NCBI GenBank assembly: GCA_002104945.1
Contig: MCFH01000173.1
Span: forward strand, 1 to 21,415
Reading direction: 5' to 3'
From: Piromyces finnis finn
Lineage: Eukaryota > Fungi > Neocallimastigomycota
Length of the DNA stretch: 21,415 bases
In this document: one piece after another, positions 10,817 through 21,415 of the stretch
Numbering within the stretch: position 1 is the stretch's first letter
Layout: each line of letters starts with the position of its first letter
Made by a program: the position numbers and the translations under genes
Notes under the pieces: generated by a model
The model's input: the letters and a program-made list of their open reading frames with translations, nothing else
What the model was told of the DNA's origin: nothing
The model's database searches: none

Positions 10817-13189
10817 ATGGAACAAAAAAAAATTGATAGTCTTTTACGTCAAATTCAATCAAAACTAAGTTATTTGAAAAAATTAGAAACAGTGTCCCCT
10901 TCTTCCTTCATTAATTATAAAACACCAATTACTTCACCAATTCATAATGATGTTCTTTCTCTAATTTTCCCATCAAAAAAAATATAAAACATTGGAAAAC
11001 TGTTTTTCAAATATAATAATGCAATTATGGTGGAAGTATTATAAAATAAGCTACAGAATCAGTATGATAAATTCATCCAATTTTTATGAAAGAAGAAACC
11101 ATAATTTAAAGGATTCATCCATTCCCCAATTTAATTGTCATGGTAGAAATCATATTTTGTCATTACGAGAATTAGCAGCATTTAAATTAGCAGATTCTAT
11201 AAGTAATCAAATAGAGAAATCCTCTCAAATGAGATTAGAAGAAGAAAAGATGATTTTAATAATAATGATAAAAATCAAGATATATTTTCTTTAATTCCTT
11301 ATTACATTCCATATTATTTGAATAAGTAATTAAATTAAATTATATAATTAAGCAGTATATTTTTTATATTGTATATATTAATTTCATTTAATATTATAAT
11401 ACCAAAAATAAAAAATATTTAAAATTAGCTTAATTTTTTTTGAGCATATAGTAAATATCTGCATTAGTAAAATCAATATACCCAAAGTATTAAAACACTA
11501 ATAGAAATATGTATAGAATATCGTGCATATCACCAGGTAATAATTCAAACAGTAATAAAAAAAATATGTAAGAAATATAATTAATATTAATATATATTAT
11601 ATTATGTTTATATTTAATATCAAATAATAAGGGTTATAAATTGTTACAGAAGCATTTTATATTAAAACCATATAAAGAACTTAAAAACTATAAATGGGCA
11701 TTTTCAGTAGCTAAAAGAGTATTTAGAAAACACGAGTTTTTAAGGTTTATAATTGATAAATTAAAAAAACAGCATGTTTACAACCCATCATTTATCGATG
11801 TTTTGAGTTTTATTAAAATAAGAAATAAAAATATTGAATTTTATTTTATCGAAAAAGCTATTAAAGTAATGATTGATTTTATTCATCAATACGCAAATAA
11901 AAATCAATCCAATATCGTATTTTCTAATAATCCAGTTTTATTCTTTAAAAATAAATACCATAATCAAAATGATCTTATATCATACCTATCATCAAATTAC
12001 ACTGCTAATATTAATTTAGAAAGTGAAAAGAATATAAATTATTTTATTCTCTTTTATTATTATATAAAAAATTGTTGAACTATCAACATCTAAGGAATAT
12101 CATGCAGTTAGTAGTCCCTTAGATATACTACCAGAAAAAATGAATTCAAATATTTTAAATAAACATAAATATTATCATCTGCTCTTATTATTCTCCATCT
12201 TTTTAATTATAATAAAAAACATTATAAATATCAACATCCAGAAATATATTTTCCTTTATTATCAAAAAAATACAAAAAGGAATTAAATTTATATGATAAT
12301 TATCAATGGAAAAAATGTGCTCAATACTGTCAAAAATTAGATTTTATATTTTTGGATGAACAATTTAGATTTTCAAATAATATAAGAAAATTTCAAAATT
12401 TAATCCAAATCATGGAAAGAGTTAAACTTTATCAAGAAGCATTTGCATATGTCAATGATGTATGATACCCTAAATTATAAAATCTTCATCAAATTATAGT
12501 AAGTGACGGATTAATATAGTCGTAGGCGTCGTAGAATTGTTAATTACAATGAATATTATAGTGATGAAAAAGTAATGATGAAAAACAACTTCCTTCAACC
12601 CCAAAACACAAATTAATTCAACCTCCTCAGTATACTTCACCAGTTACTCCCAATAAAATTAAGAAAAAATACCTTCCTACTCTTTATCAAGAAGCAGAAA
12701 CTCTTGCAAATATCATAAATGAATATTCAGCAGATACAATATGGTAAAATATTTTAGTTAAAGAAATAAAAGCATTTAATATTTTAAAAATAATATTGAT
12801 TTTTTTTTTCCTACTACCTTTTATAATAATGATAGGCAATATGAGACTTCTATCGAGTCATGGGTAAAAAAAGAGAAAAAGTGAAAGTAAAAAAATTAAC
12901 ATAAATAATAATTGCAATAATAATAAATATAATAACAATAATAAACACAATATAAAGTAAACTATATATTAATGAAAATGGCTATGAAGAAGAAAGTATA
13001 ATTAATAGCAATAATGCAGTTGATGACGTTATTACAGTTTATAGTAAAAGAAAATTAATAAAAAGGTTAATTCACAAAAAAGTCAAATTAATAAAATATC
13101 AAAAGAACCAACTATCTCTCCTTCTGAATATTTTAAAATTACTGAGGCATTACCATTTAAATGATGAAGTTGATGATTTTCTTTTATAA
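10817..13189 (+). CDS. Uncharacterised fungal-type protein, at least 4 exons, frameshifted
   Basis: ATG 10817 (MEQKKIDSLLRQIQSKLSYLKKLE). Later SLRELAAFKLADSI and DIFSLIPYYIPYYL. Introns 11326-11428, 11537-11631 and 12744-12835 all have GT..AG ends and join in frame: LIFFEHIVNICISKINIPKVLK(T)LIEICIEYRAYHQ|GYKLLQKHF... and ...EYSADTIW|QYETSIESWVKK. Tail ...LNDEVDDFLL* (TAA 13187-13189). No function assignable. Confidence 0.65.
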
Positions 13190-14874
13190 ATTTAATTATT
13201 TAATCTATCTTTTATTTACAATAATCATATCCTACAACACTATATTATTGACGTTAAATAAATTAAAACCATTTATCACACACTATAAACAAGGAAATTA
13301 TACTTATTTAACATCATAATAACACTTTGAATTATAAAATAAATTTTTTCCTTTATTATTTTATGTTTAATATTAATTCAGAATATAACTGTTGTATGAT
13401 TCGTTTTTCCATTTTGAAATTTAAATAATATAAATATGAAAGAGCAATTTTTATATCCATTCTATTATTCTATTTTCTTCTTATATACTATATTCTTGGC
13501 TTTCGACTTTCAACGAATAAAAGTAAGCAACACATAAATTTATTTATATTTATAATGAAAATAAAAAAGAATATTTATAAAATAAATTCTTTTTATAAAT
13601 AACAAAATAAATATTATTTCTAAGAAGATAAAGAGTATATTGTCATTATCTTCATTTATATAATTTTTTTTCTATGTTTTATTTTCATATATAAAAGTAA
13701 TTTGTACATTTGAAAAAGTAAATAAATACACCAATTTCACTATTTTTGAATTATTTAGTTTTGTTAAGTTTTAATAATAATTAAATTTTATTATTTAATA
13801 TTAAAATATTTTAAAATTTTTTTTTAAAATAAATTTTCTTAAGTTTCTTTAATTAAAAAAACATCCTTTTAATTATATTAACAAAAATAACCACTTTACA
13901 CTTTATAAAAATAAATAAATAATAATATTATTAATAAAAAAAAACATATAATAAAATAAAAGAACAAAAGGAATATAAATAGTAAAAAAAAACTTTTATT
14001 TTATGTCTTTATTAGAATAATATTATTAAATAAATATAATATATAATAATAATAGTAAAGAAAAAAAGGAAACATTTAAAATATATATATATAAGGACAA
14101 TAAACTTTATCTCTAAAAATTAGATAAATATACCTTATATATATTCTTGTTGTAAAAAATAATAATAAAAAGGTAAAGTATATAGAATAAAAAGAAAAGG
14201 AAAAAAGAGGTTATTACTTTATTTATAAAGAAACAATATTCTTATATACCACTAAAGAATTTCAAATACAAAAAATAAATAAACTAATATTCCAATAAAA
14301 TATTTCAGTGTTAACCATATTAATTAAAATATTATGTTGTAATAGAATAATAACAGAATAAAAAAAAAAAAAAAAAAGAAGAAAAATACTCCAATTTTTA
14401 ATATTAAAAGTAGAAATTTAAAAATTAAAAAAAACAAAATAAACTAAAACGAACTTTATTTGAAGTAATTATAATAAAAAAAAAGTTTGCAGCAAAGTAT
14501 ATTATTTTAAATCAATTAATTTAAAATATTTTATAATATTACGACAATACGGCAATAATATAAAATCGATAATTCTTTATATAAAAGTTATATTTTCATT
14601 TTAAAAGATCATAAAAAAAAATATTTTATTTACCATATTATTAACATATTAATATCAAGAAAAACTAATTTTCCTTTATATATATGCATTAATAAATGGA
14701 TATTTATATTATTATTTAAATTAACAGAAATTTAAAAATAATTCAAAACAAAAAAATTATATAATTAATATAAATATTGAATAATATAACATAAAAAAAA
14801 AAAAAAAAATTGAAAATTAAATCAAATAAATAAATTCCGGAACGATAAAAAATATTCATAGTTAAATAAATAAA

Positions 14875-16915
14875 ATGACAGATATTAAAGAATTACTACA
14901 ACAGTTCTTGGAGATGATGATGATACTCCAGTTGCTTCCATTATTGATGGCAAGAAATCTGAGGAAGAAGAAGAAGAAATCGAAGATACTACATTATTAA
15001 ATGAAATAAAAAGAGCAGGTTTTAGCATTGGTTTCTCTGAGGATAGAAATAAGCGTTGTAAGAAGAACTATGGAGGTATACAAAAAAAAATAAACAAAAC
15101 AAAATAATTCGCTTTGTTTTGTGTTTTTTTTTTTATATATATTTTATTAAAATACATTTATATGAAATAAATTGATTATCCATCAATCATATTGTATAAT
15201 ATTAATATTATTAATTTTTTATTTTAATTATACTTATATTAATATTTTATTAATGTTATTATTATTATTGTTTATTAATATAAATATCTCAACTCAATTA
15301 TAACATAATTTCAAATGTCTAACACATTATTCAATAATAATAAAATTATTATATAAATTAACACAATAAAACTCAAAAAATGAAAACAAAACAAATTAAA
15401 ATATAAATATAATAAATTTAAATTAAAAAAAATAAATAAAGGATGCCCATGCTTTCTTTTACAATTTTAATGATGTAGAAGGACAAGGTTACTTTGCTAT
15501 TTTGATGGACATGCAGGAAAACAAGCAGCAGAATGGTGTGGAAAACAATTAATGAAGTATTATTTCTAAAATAAAACATTTTTAATTCCGATAATAAAAA
15601 CATTATAATTATAATAATAATAATAATATAATAATAATAGTGATAATAATAGCAATAATTATCATATTGGTAGCAAAGATACATATAAATTTCATTAAAA
15701 TTAAAATAGAATATATAAATATTACTATTGTATTTATTAATTAATAATAATGATCCTAATCATTAATAATCAATTATTAAATATAATACATATAAGAATT
15801 TAATTGAAATAATTAAAGAATCACCAAATATGCCAATTCAAGAATCATTAAATAAAGCTTTTTAAAGACAGATTCACAGCTTAATGAAAAAGAGGTATAC
15901 CTTCAGGATGTACAGCTATCGTTGTATTAGTAAGAAAAGAGAAAATTAAAGATGAAGATGGTAATGAAGTAGAAAGGTAAATAACAACAGAAATATACCT
16001 AAATAATAAAAAAAGGAAAATAAATGGGAAAAAATAATTTTTTACATGTTAAAAAAAAAATTCTAATTCTTTTTACAAAAATTAAAAAAAAAATATCAAT
16101 AGAGAGTATTATATTCACTAATGTTGGTGATGCCAGAGCTGTACTAAGGTACATTAATTAAGATGAATAATAATATTTCCTTAAGAATAAATTGATGAAT
16201 ATAATATTAATTAGCTATTATTCAATAATATTCATATAAATTAATAGTAAAAATGGACATGCTTTAAGATTATCATGTGATCATAAGGGTTCAAATTTAG
16301 ATGAAGTACAAAGAATCACTGATGCTGGTGGTTTTGTTTAAATGCAAGAGTAAATGGTAAATAAAAATAGTCATGGTCTTAAAAAAACGACCAATTTAAA
16401 ATATAAATAATAACAACTATAATTAATATTTTATATTGATACATTTAGGTGTACTTGCCGTAACGAGATCACTTGGTGATTATTCTATGAAAGAATGGGT
16501 TATTGGAAACCCATACACTACAAGAGTTGTTCTTAATGACGAGGATAAATTCTTAATTTTAGCATGTGATGGTGTAAGTAAAACATTCTACATAATATAA
16601 ATAAAAATTAAAAAAAAAAAAATAAAATAAAATAAAAATAAAATATATCAATTAAAAAATAAATATTATTTCCATTAAATAATATAAATGCCTATGTTCA
16701 CTATAAAATAATTATCTTTATATTACGAAATCCAAAAAAAATAATAATAAAATAAAAAAAAAAAAGATATGGGATGTTTGTACAGATGATGAAGCAGTAG
16801 AATAATAGAAAATATCACAGATCCAACAAGAAGCTAGTGAAGTTCTTTTAAAACAGCATTGGACAATTTCAGTACTGATAACTTGAGTGTTTTAATTGTT
16901 CGTTTTAATAACTAA
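14875..16915 (+). CDS. PTC1: Type 2C protein phosphatase (PPM/PP2C), Ptc1-like; 7 exons, frameshifted
   Basis: Exons 14875-15075, 15442-15556, 15797-15976, about 16103-16148, 16248-16356, 16449-16573 and 16767-16915 with GT-AG ends. Repaired translation has the PP2C motifs in order: [10 protein letters not shown](RRT)ME|DAH, GYFAI(FDGH)[21 protein letters not shown](ANVGD)[13 protein letters not shown], (NG)|[20 protein letters not shown]|[16 protein letters not shown]. The metal-binding Asp residues are present. The RRTMED / GYFAIFDGHAG / DHKGS pattern matches fungal Ptc1. Confidence 0.93.
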
Positions 16916-17980
16916 TTTATAGATGAAATCGTAAACCTAAATTGAATAAATCAAAATAATAAAATGTGTATTAAAAAAAAGGCACCTTATTATAAATAAG
17001 GAATTCATAAAATAATCATTAAAAAAAAATCATAAATTTTTCATAACAATTAAAAAAATAATAATAAAAGTATATAAATCAATATAAATACATCACCAAA
17101 AATTAAAAAAAAAAAAATAAAATAAAATAAAACAATAATAATATCATTATTATCATAGCATTTATTCATTTAAACATTCAATATAAAGTTTAAAAAAAAA
17201 AAAAAGCGTTTAGATTTCTACTATTTTTATTCTTTACAATCAATAAACAAATATTAAAAAATTTGTAACTTAATAATTATTAATATTTAATAAAACAATA
17301 ATACTTTTTCTTTTCCCTTATGATTTACTGTAATTTTAAAAATATATAAATATTCTAAATAAATTACCTTTACCTTTAAAAAAAAAAAAAAAAGGATAAA
17401 TAAATAAAAAATAATAATAATAATTAAATAGAGAAAAAGAAAAGTAAATAAAAAAAAAAAAGAGTTATTTCTAGTTTGTTTGTTTTTTTTTATTTGATTC
17501 AAGGATGTTAAAATATATTTTAATAATAATTATTATTATTATTATATATAAAGTTTTTTTATTATATAAGTTTATTATACTTTCACTTTTAAATTTTTAA
17601 CTAGTTAAAAGAAATGATATAAATCGTCTCCCAAATTTACTAATGAAAAAATGTTTCTTTTTTTTTTTTTTTTTTCTTTATATATTTTTATCTAGTTATT
17701 AAATATATTTTAAAAAAAATAAAGGACTTTTTATTTTTTTCATAAACTTTAATTATATATGAATGAGAATGATGTTTTTACATTCTAAAATATATCTTTC
17801 TTTATTAATAAATAATAATATATATAATTATCTAAAGTTATTAATATTTTAACTGATATTAATATTAAATTATATTTAATTAAACTTTTCTATACATTTT
17901 TTTTAAAAAAAAAAAAAAAAATAATTATTTAATTTAATATTTAAAAAAAAATAATAATATATAATAATAGTAAAAATATA

Positions 17981-19616
17981 ATGAAATATATCAACATATT
18001 TTATTTTAATTGTTATCCTTAAAAATATACATGCTCTACCGCCGAATCCTGAAAAGAAAATTATTAAAAGATGTAGGTTATGGATCATATAAATCTTTTC
18101 AAAGAAAAAATAATAATTTATTTTTCTATTCGGTTAATGATGAAAGTAATGATGAAATATCTTATAAAATAACAAATATTAATAGTAACAAAAATACATA
18201 TATCAATGGAAATAATAATACTAACGAAAATTCTGAAAACAATAATGATAATAATACTAATACATCCAGTACAACCATTCAATATAGTCATATAAATTAT
18301 TCTGATACCGGATTTGAAGAAAGTTTAGGACCATTTTGAATTATACCTTTATAATAAGTTTTTAATAAGTTCGAAAAAAAAATTACCTGATTTTTCAATT
18401 GTTCTTTATCCACTGGATGATGGTTACACTATAGATTATAAGAAATTTAAGGTCAGTATGGTAACAGCTTTCATTAGTTTTATGTATGATCATAGTGAAT
18501 TTTGGTGGGTATATTCCTATCGATATAATTGTGAATATTCTTCAAAAACCTTAGAGATTGAAAAAATTGAAATTGATTTTTGTTGGTCAAACGATTTTTG
18601 TAATAAATATTCTGCTAATGATATTAAAACCATGAACGAAGCTCTCTCCACTGCAAAATCTAATATTTTGGAAGAAATTGGAGATGTTGATCGTAAAACT
18701 TCTTATCAACTATTAAGAGTGATACATGATACACTCATACAACATATTAATTTGATATCCAACACAAATGAAGATATATTTTCAACTACTATTTATGGCG
18801 CTTTAGTAAATCAAAAATGCACTAGTGAAGGTTTAGCAAAGGCATTTAAATGGTTTATGGAATATTATAAAATGACAAATGTTTTAGCTATAGGATATGG
18901 CTATCAATGGAACTTTGTCAAATTAAATAATTGTTGGTATGTCATTGATGTTACTGAAGATTATAAAAGATCACCAAAACCGAAGGAAAATATTTTCCTA
19001 TGATATTTTCTTAATTGGATTTAATGATATAACTAAAAAGGAATCAAATACCTCTTATGAAAATGATGTAACTTATAATTTAATTGATAGAGTTAAATCT
19101 ACTTCAAATAGTCTGACCTACATTACCTATCCAGATATTCATAGTACGAATTTTTTTGATACCAATGGTATTAATAAAGAAGATATTTTTGAATCTACCA
19201 TACTTAAAATGACTTCCAGTTCAAACTATAATAGTCAAGTGAAACCAGATACTACGAATAATCGTATTACAACTTTAATATCAACATTTACTACTACCGT
19301 TATAACAGTTATTCAGGGTAACTTAAATTTAACTGCAGTAACAGAAGACATTAAAGCTCAATATAATTATGATTCCTCATCAAACATCAAAAACGATACT
19401 AAAAATAGCAGTAATAATATTATCAGTATTAATAATGGTGGTATTAAGAGTAATAGTATTAATAGTAACAGTATTAATAATAATAAAAATATTAACCAAA
19501 ATATGTCATGAAAAAATGATGATAATACATCATCATTCATATCACAATATCCTCCTAATTACAAATATATCATGAATACTATTTTTTCATTAATATTAAT
19601 TCTTTTACTATTGTAA
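17981..19616 (+). CDS. Transglutaminase-like (TGc superfamily) domain protein with degenerate catalytic triad; probable signal peptide and hydrophobic C-terminal tail; intronless, frameshifted
   Basis: ATG 17981 gives MKYINIFILIVILKNIHA-LPP after removing one T. An Asn-rich linker follows, then AFISFMYDHSEFWWV ... LRVIHDTLIQHI ... TIYGALVNQKCTSEGLAKAFKWFM ... GYGYQWNFVKLNNCWYVIDVTED, matching the bacterial TGc pattern YGALVxxxxVCEGYAKAF...HAWNxVxLxGxWYxxDxTWD. After a shift near 18995 come SYDIFLIG and a Thr/Ser/Asn-rich region. Past an in-frame TGA at 19509-19511 the frame continues ...SSFISQYPPNYKYIMNTIFSLILILLLL* (TAA 19614-19616). Confidence 0.8.
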
Positions 19617-19893
19617 AATTTTTATGTAGATTTCAACTGTAAATTTCTTCAATTTTTAAACAATAATATTTACCAAATTCTTGTTAATCATATAAATAAT
19701 ATAAAAATTGGAAATAAATAAAAATAATTAAAAACACTTTATATAATTTAAATTATAAAAAGGTTAAAATTATTATATTATAATACGATGATTTCTATTT
19801 TATAAAATAATTTTTTTAAATGAAATTTTATACATTCATTAAATTAATATATGTGTGATAATAGATATTTTAGTTTAATATTGATTTATAATT

Positions 19894-21415
19894 CTAATTT
19901 AACATATTATCAATAAGGTAGTAAGTACTACCAATGAAACGAACAAGTGATAATATAGCAAACAGACCAGAAAATAAATGTAAGGAAGATTGGGTTATTT
20001 TCAAAGTTCTTTGTATCAATACCGAATTTTTTCCATTAATACATTAATGAACTTAACCATAACAACAATTAATCCAAGGTTACAAGTAAGCCATAAAAGT
20101 ACTAAGTTAGTACGGAAGTTCTTCTTGTCATCTTCTTGCTTAGTAGTTTCATCACGTTTTTGTTTAACAGCCTTTTTCCTTCTTCTTAATGTCAACAATT
20201 AACTTTTCATAACGTTCATCTAATGAGCTTTGAGTTGGAAGTTCAATAGAAATCTTTTCACCTGGGTTAATCTTAACAGCACCAGAAGTTGGAGCAATAG
20301 TATTATCACCCTTAGTACCCCAAGAGACATCATGAGTATTACAGAGGCATAAGTCATTAAAATATTAACATAAGATGGTAACATAAGTAAATATTGAATA
20401 AATGATGTAATCATATGCCATGGTTGTCCGTGAAAAGTGATCCGATAAAGTAAAGACCATAGGTAGATAATAAAGATATAACAATGTTTATGAAAGTTGG
20501 ATTTTGCATTTTTTGGCAAAGGATTGATTCTTACTAGCAAGAATTGATCTGTAAACAGTGTAGAATGCCATTGCAAACATGAATACCATAATGATAGCGA
20601 AAAGAATAATACAAGCAATATATAACTTCTTTGAACCTTGTGGTCTATTACCTAAAGAACAAATCAAAACACAAAGCATAGCAAATACATAACAGAGTTC
20701 TAATGATTCTTTTACATAAGGACCAAATCTACCGAAAATACCACCTTCAGAAGCTGATTTTTCAGTAAGGAAATGGAAACAAAGATAGAAGTTAGCAATA
20801 TTAAACCATGAGAAAACTAAATTAACAAGATTATAAATATATTCAATAGTAAGGGCCAATTTTCTTAAGCTAGAGTGATTTGTTTGGTATATCTTTGACC
20901 AATTGTATGAAGCATAAACAGCAGCAAAGAATGAACCATTTAACCAACGACGACGTTGTGAAATAAATTCTGGAATATTATCTGGAACATCAGTTTCAGC
21001 CTTGGCAGCCTTTACATACTTTAATACCCATTTACAATTCTTCTTAGCAACTAATTCAAAACATAAAATTCTATCTTCAGCAAGATACATATTACTCTTA
21101 AACATATTACATCCTTCATGTAATTTTTCACCCTTAAAGTAAGCGTATAATGGACCCTTCTTACCTTCAGCAGTATCATAGTTTTGTAAAGCTTTGTAAC
21201 GATAAGCAGAAAAAGCACCTGGTAATACAGAAATATAACCAAAAACAGATTCAAGTGGCTTATCTAAAATGTTACTAATCTTATATTCAAAGTTTTGAGC
21301 GGCAACTAAAGGACTGACTAAATTCTTGCAGTTTTTACCTAATTGACAGTAAATTTCACCACAAGCACCACCAACATTTGGATTTGAGTCAAAGGCTTTC
21401 CATAATTGATAGATA
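19894..21415 (-). CDS. chs: Chitin synthase, division 1 (class I/II/III type, GT2), 5'-partial
   Basis: Uninterrupted frame from 21414 to about 20515: LWKAFDSNPNVGGACGEI, QNFEYKISNILDKPLESVFGYISVLPGAFSAYRY, NMYLAEDRILCFEL, TDVP, ISQRRRWLNGSFFA. After repairing six single-base indels the C-terminus reads MQNPTFINIVISLLSTYGLYF...[40 protein letters not shown]...KNFRTNLVLLW...FWSVAILSLVRFIGSTYYLIDNMLN* (TAG 19896-19894). No intron in the visible part. Confidence 0.97.

Noticed and set aside
14835-14842. Palindrome TTCCGGAA 33-40 nt upstream of the PP2C ATG, and isolated CCAAT-like boxes near 7040 and 10262
   Set aside because: Single short motifs with no known transcription start or conservation data cannot be called regulatory sites from sequence alone.
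8604-16915. Calling SPC2 and PTC1 pseudogenes
   Set aside because: The lesions I found are single-base indels, mostly in homopolymer runs, with splice sites and catalytic motifs preserved. Sequencing error explains this more simply. Kept as an open alternative in the findings.
15418-18088. Minus-strand ORFs rich in I/F/Y/L (15418-15684, 17287-17502, 17903-18088), and similar ones at 5619-5864, 8511-8693 and 9033-9230
   Set aside because: Chance translations of A/T homopolymer and (TAA)n low-complexity intron or intergenic DNA, or overlaps with real exons in other frames.
19990-21254. Separate ORFs 21051-21254, 20220-20618, 20016-20198 and 19990-20202
   Set aside because: Alternative-frame or antisense pieces of the single frameshifted chitin synthase gene.

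Overview
Extremely AT-rich eukaryotic genomic DNA with short GT-AG introns and a fungal-type chitin synthase. This fits an anaerobic gut fungus (Neocallimastigomycota); the taxon is an inference from composition and gene content. I can support seven protein-coding genes: (1) the 3' exons of an unidentified + strand gene at the left edge; (2) a large minus-strand coiled-coil/low-complexity protein with a 12-bp E[P/S]KP tandem repeat; (3) signal peptidase complex subunit 2 (SPC2/SPCS2); (4) an uncharacterised fungal-type protein; (5) a 7-exon Ptc1-like PP2C phosphatase; (6) an intronless, probably secreted and possibly GPI-anchored transglutaminase-like protein whose catalytic Cys and His are replaced; (7) the 3' part of a division-1 chitin synthase running off the right edge. 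Every gene is broken by +/-1 indels, mostly in homopolymers, while conserved motifs stay intact. This most likely reflects uncorrected read errors rather than pseudogenisation, so the supplied ORF track is mostly fragments or wrong-frame shadows, and all reconstructions were done by hand. I found no rRNA, tRNA, CRISPR array or mobile element. The most interesting candidate is the pseudo-transglutaminase surface protein, a family typical of gut Firmicutes, lying tail-to-tail with chitin synthase.
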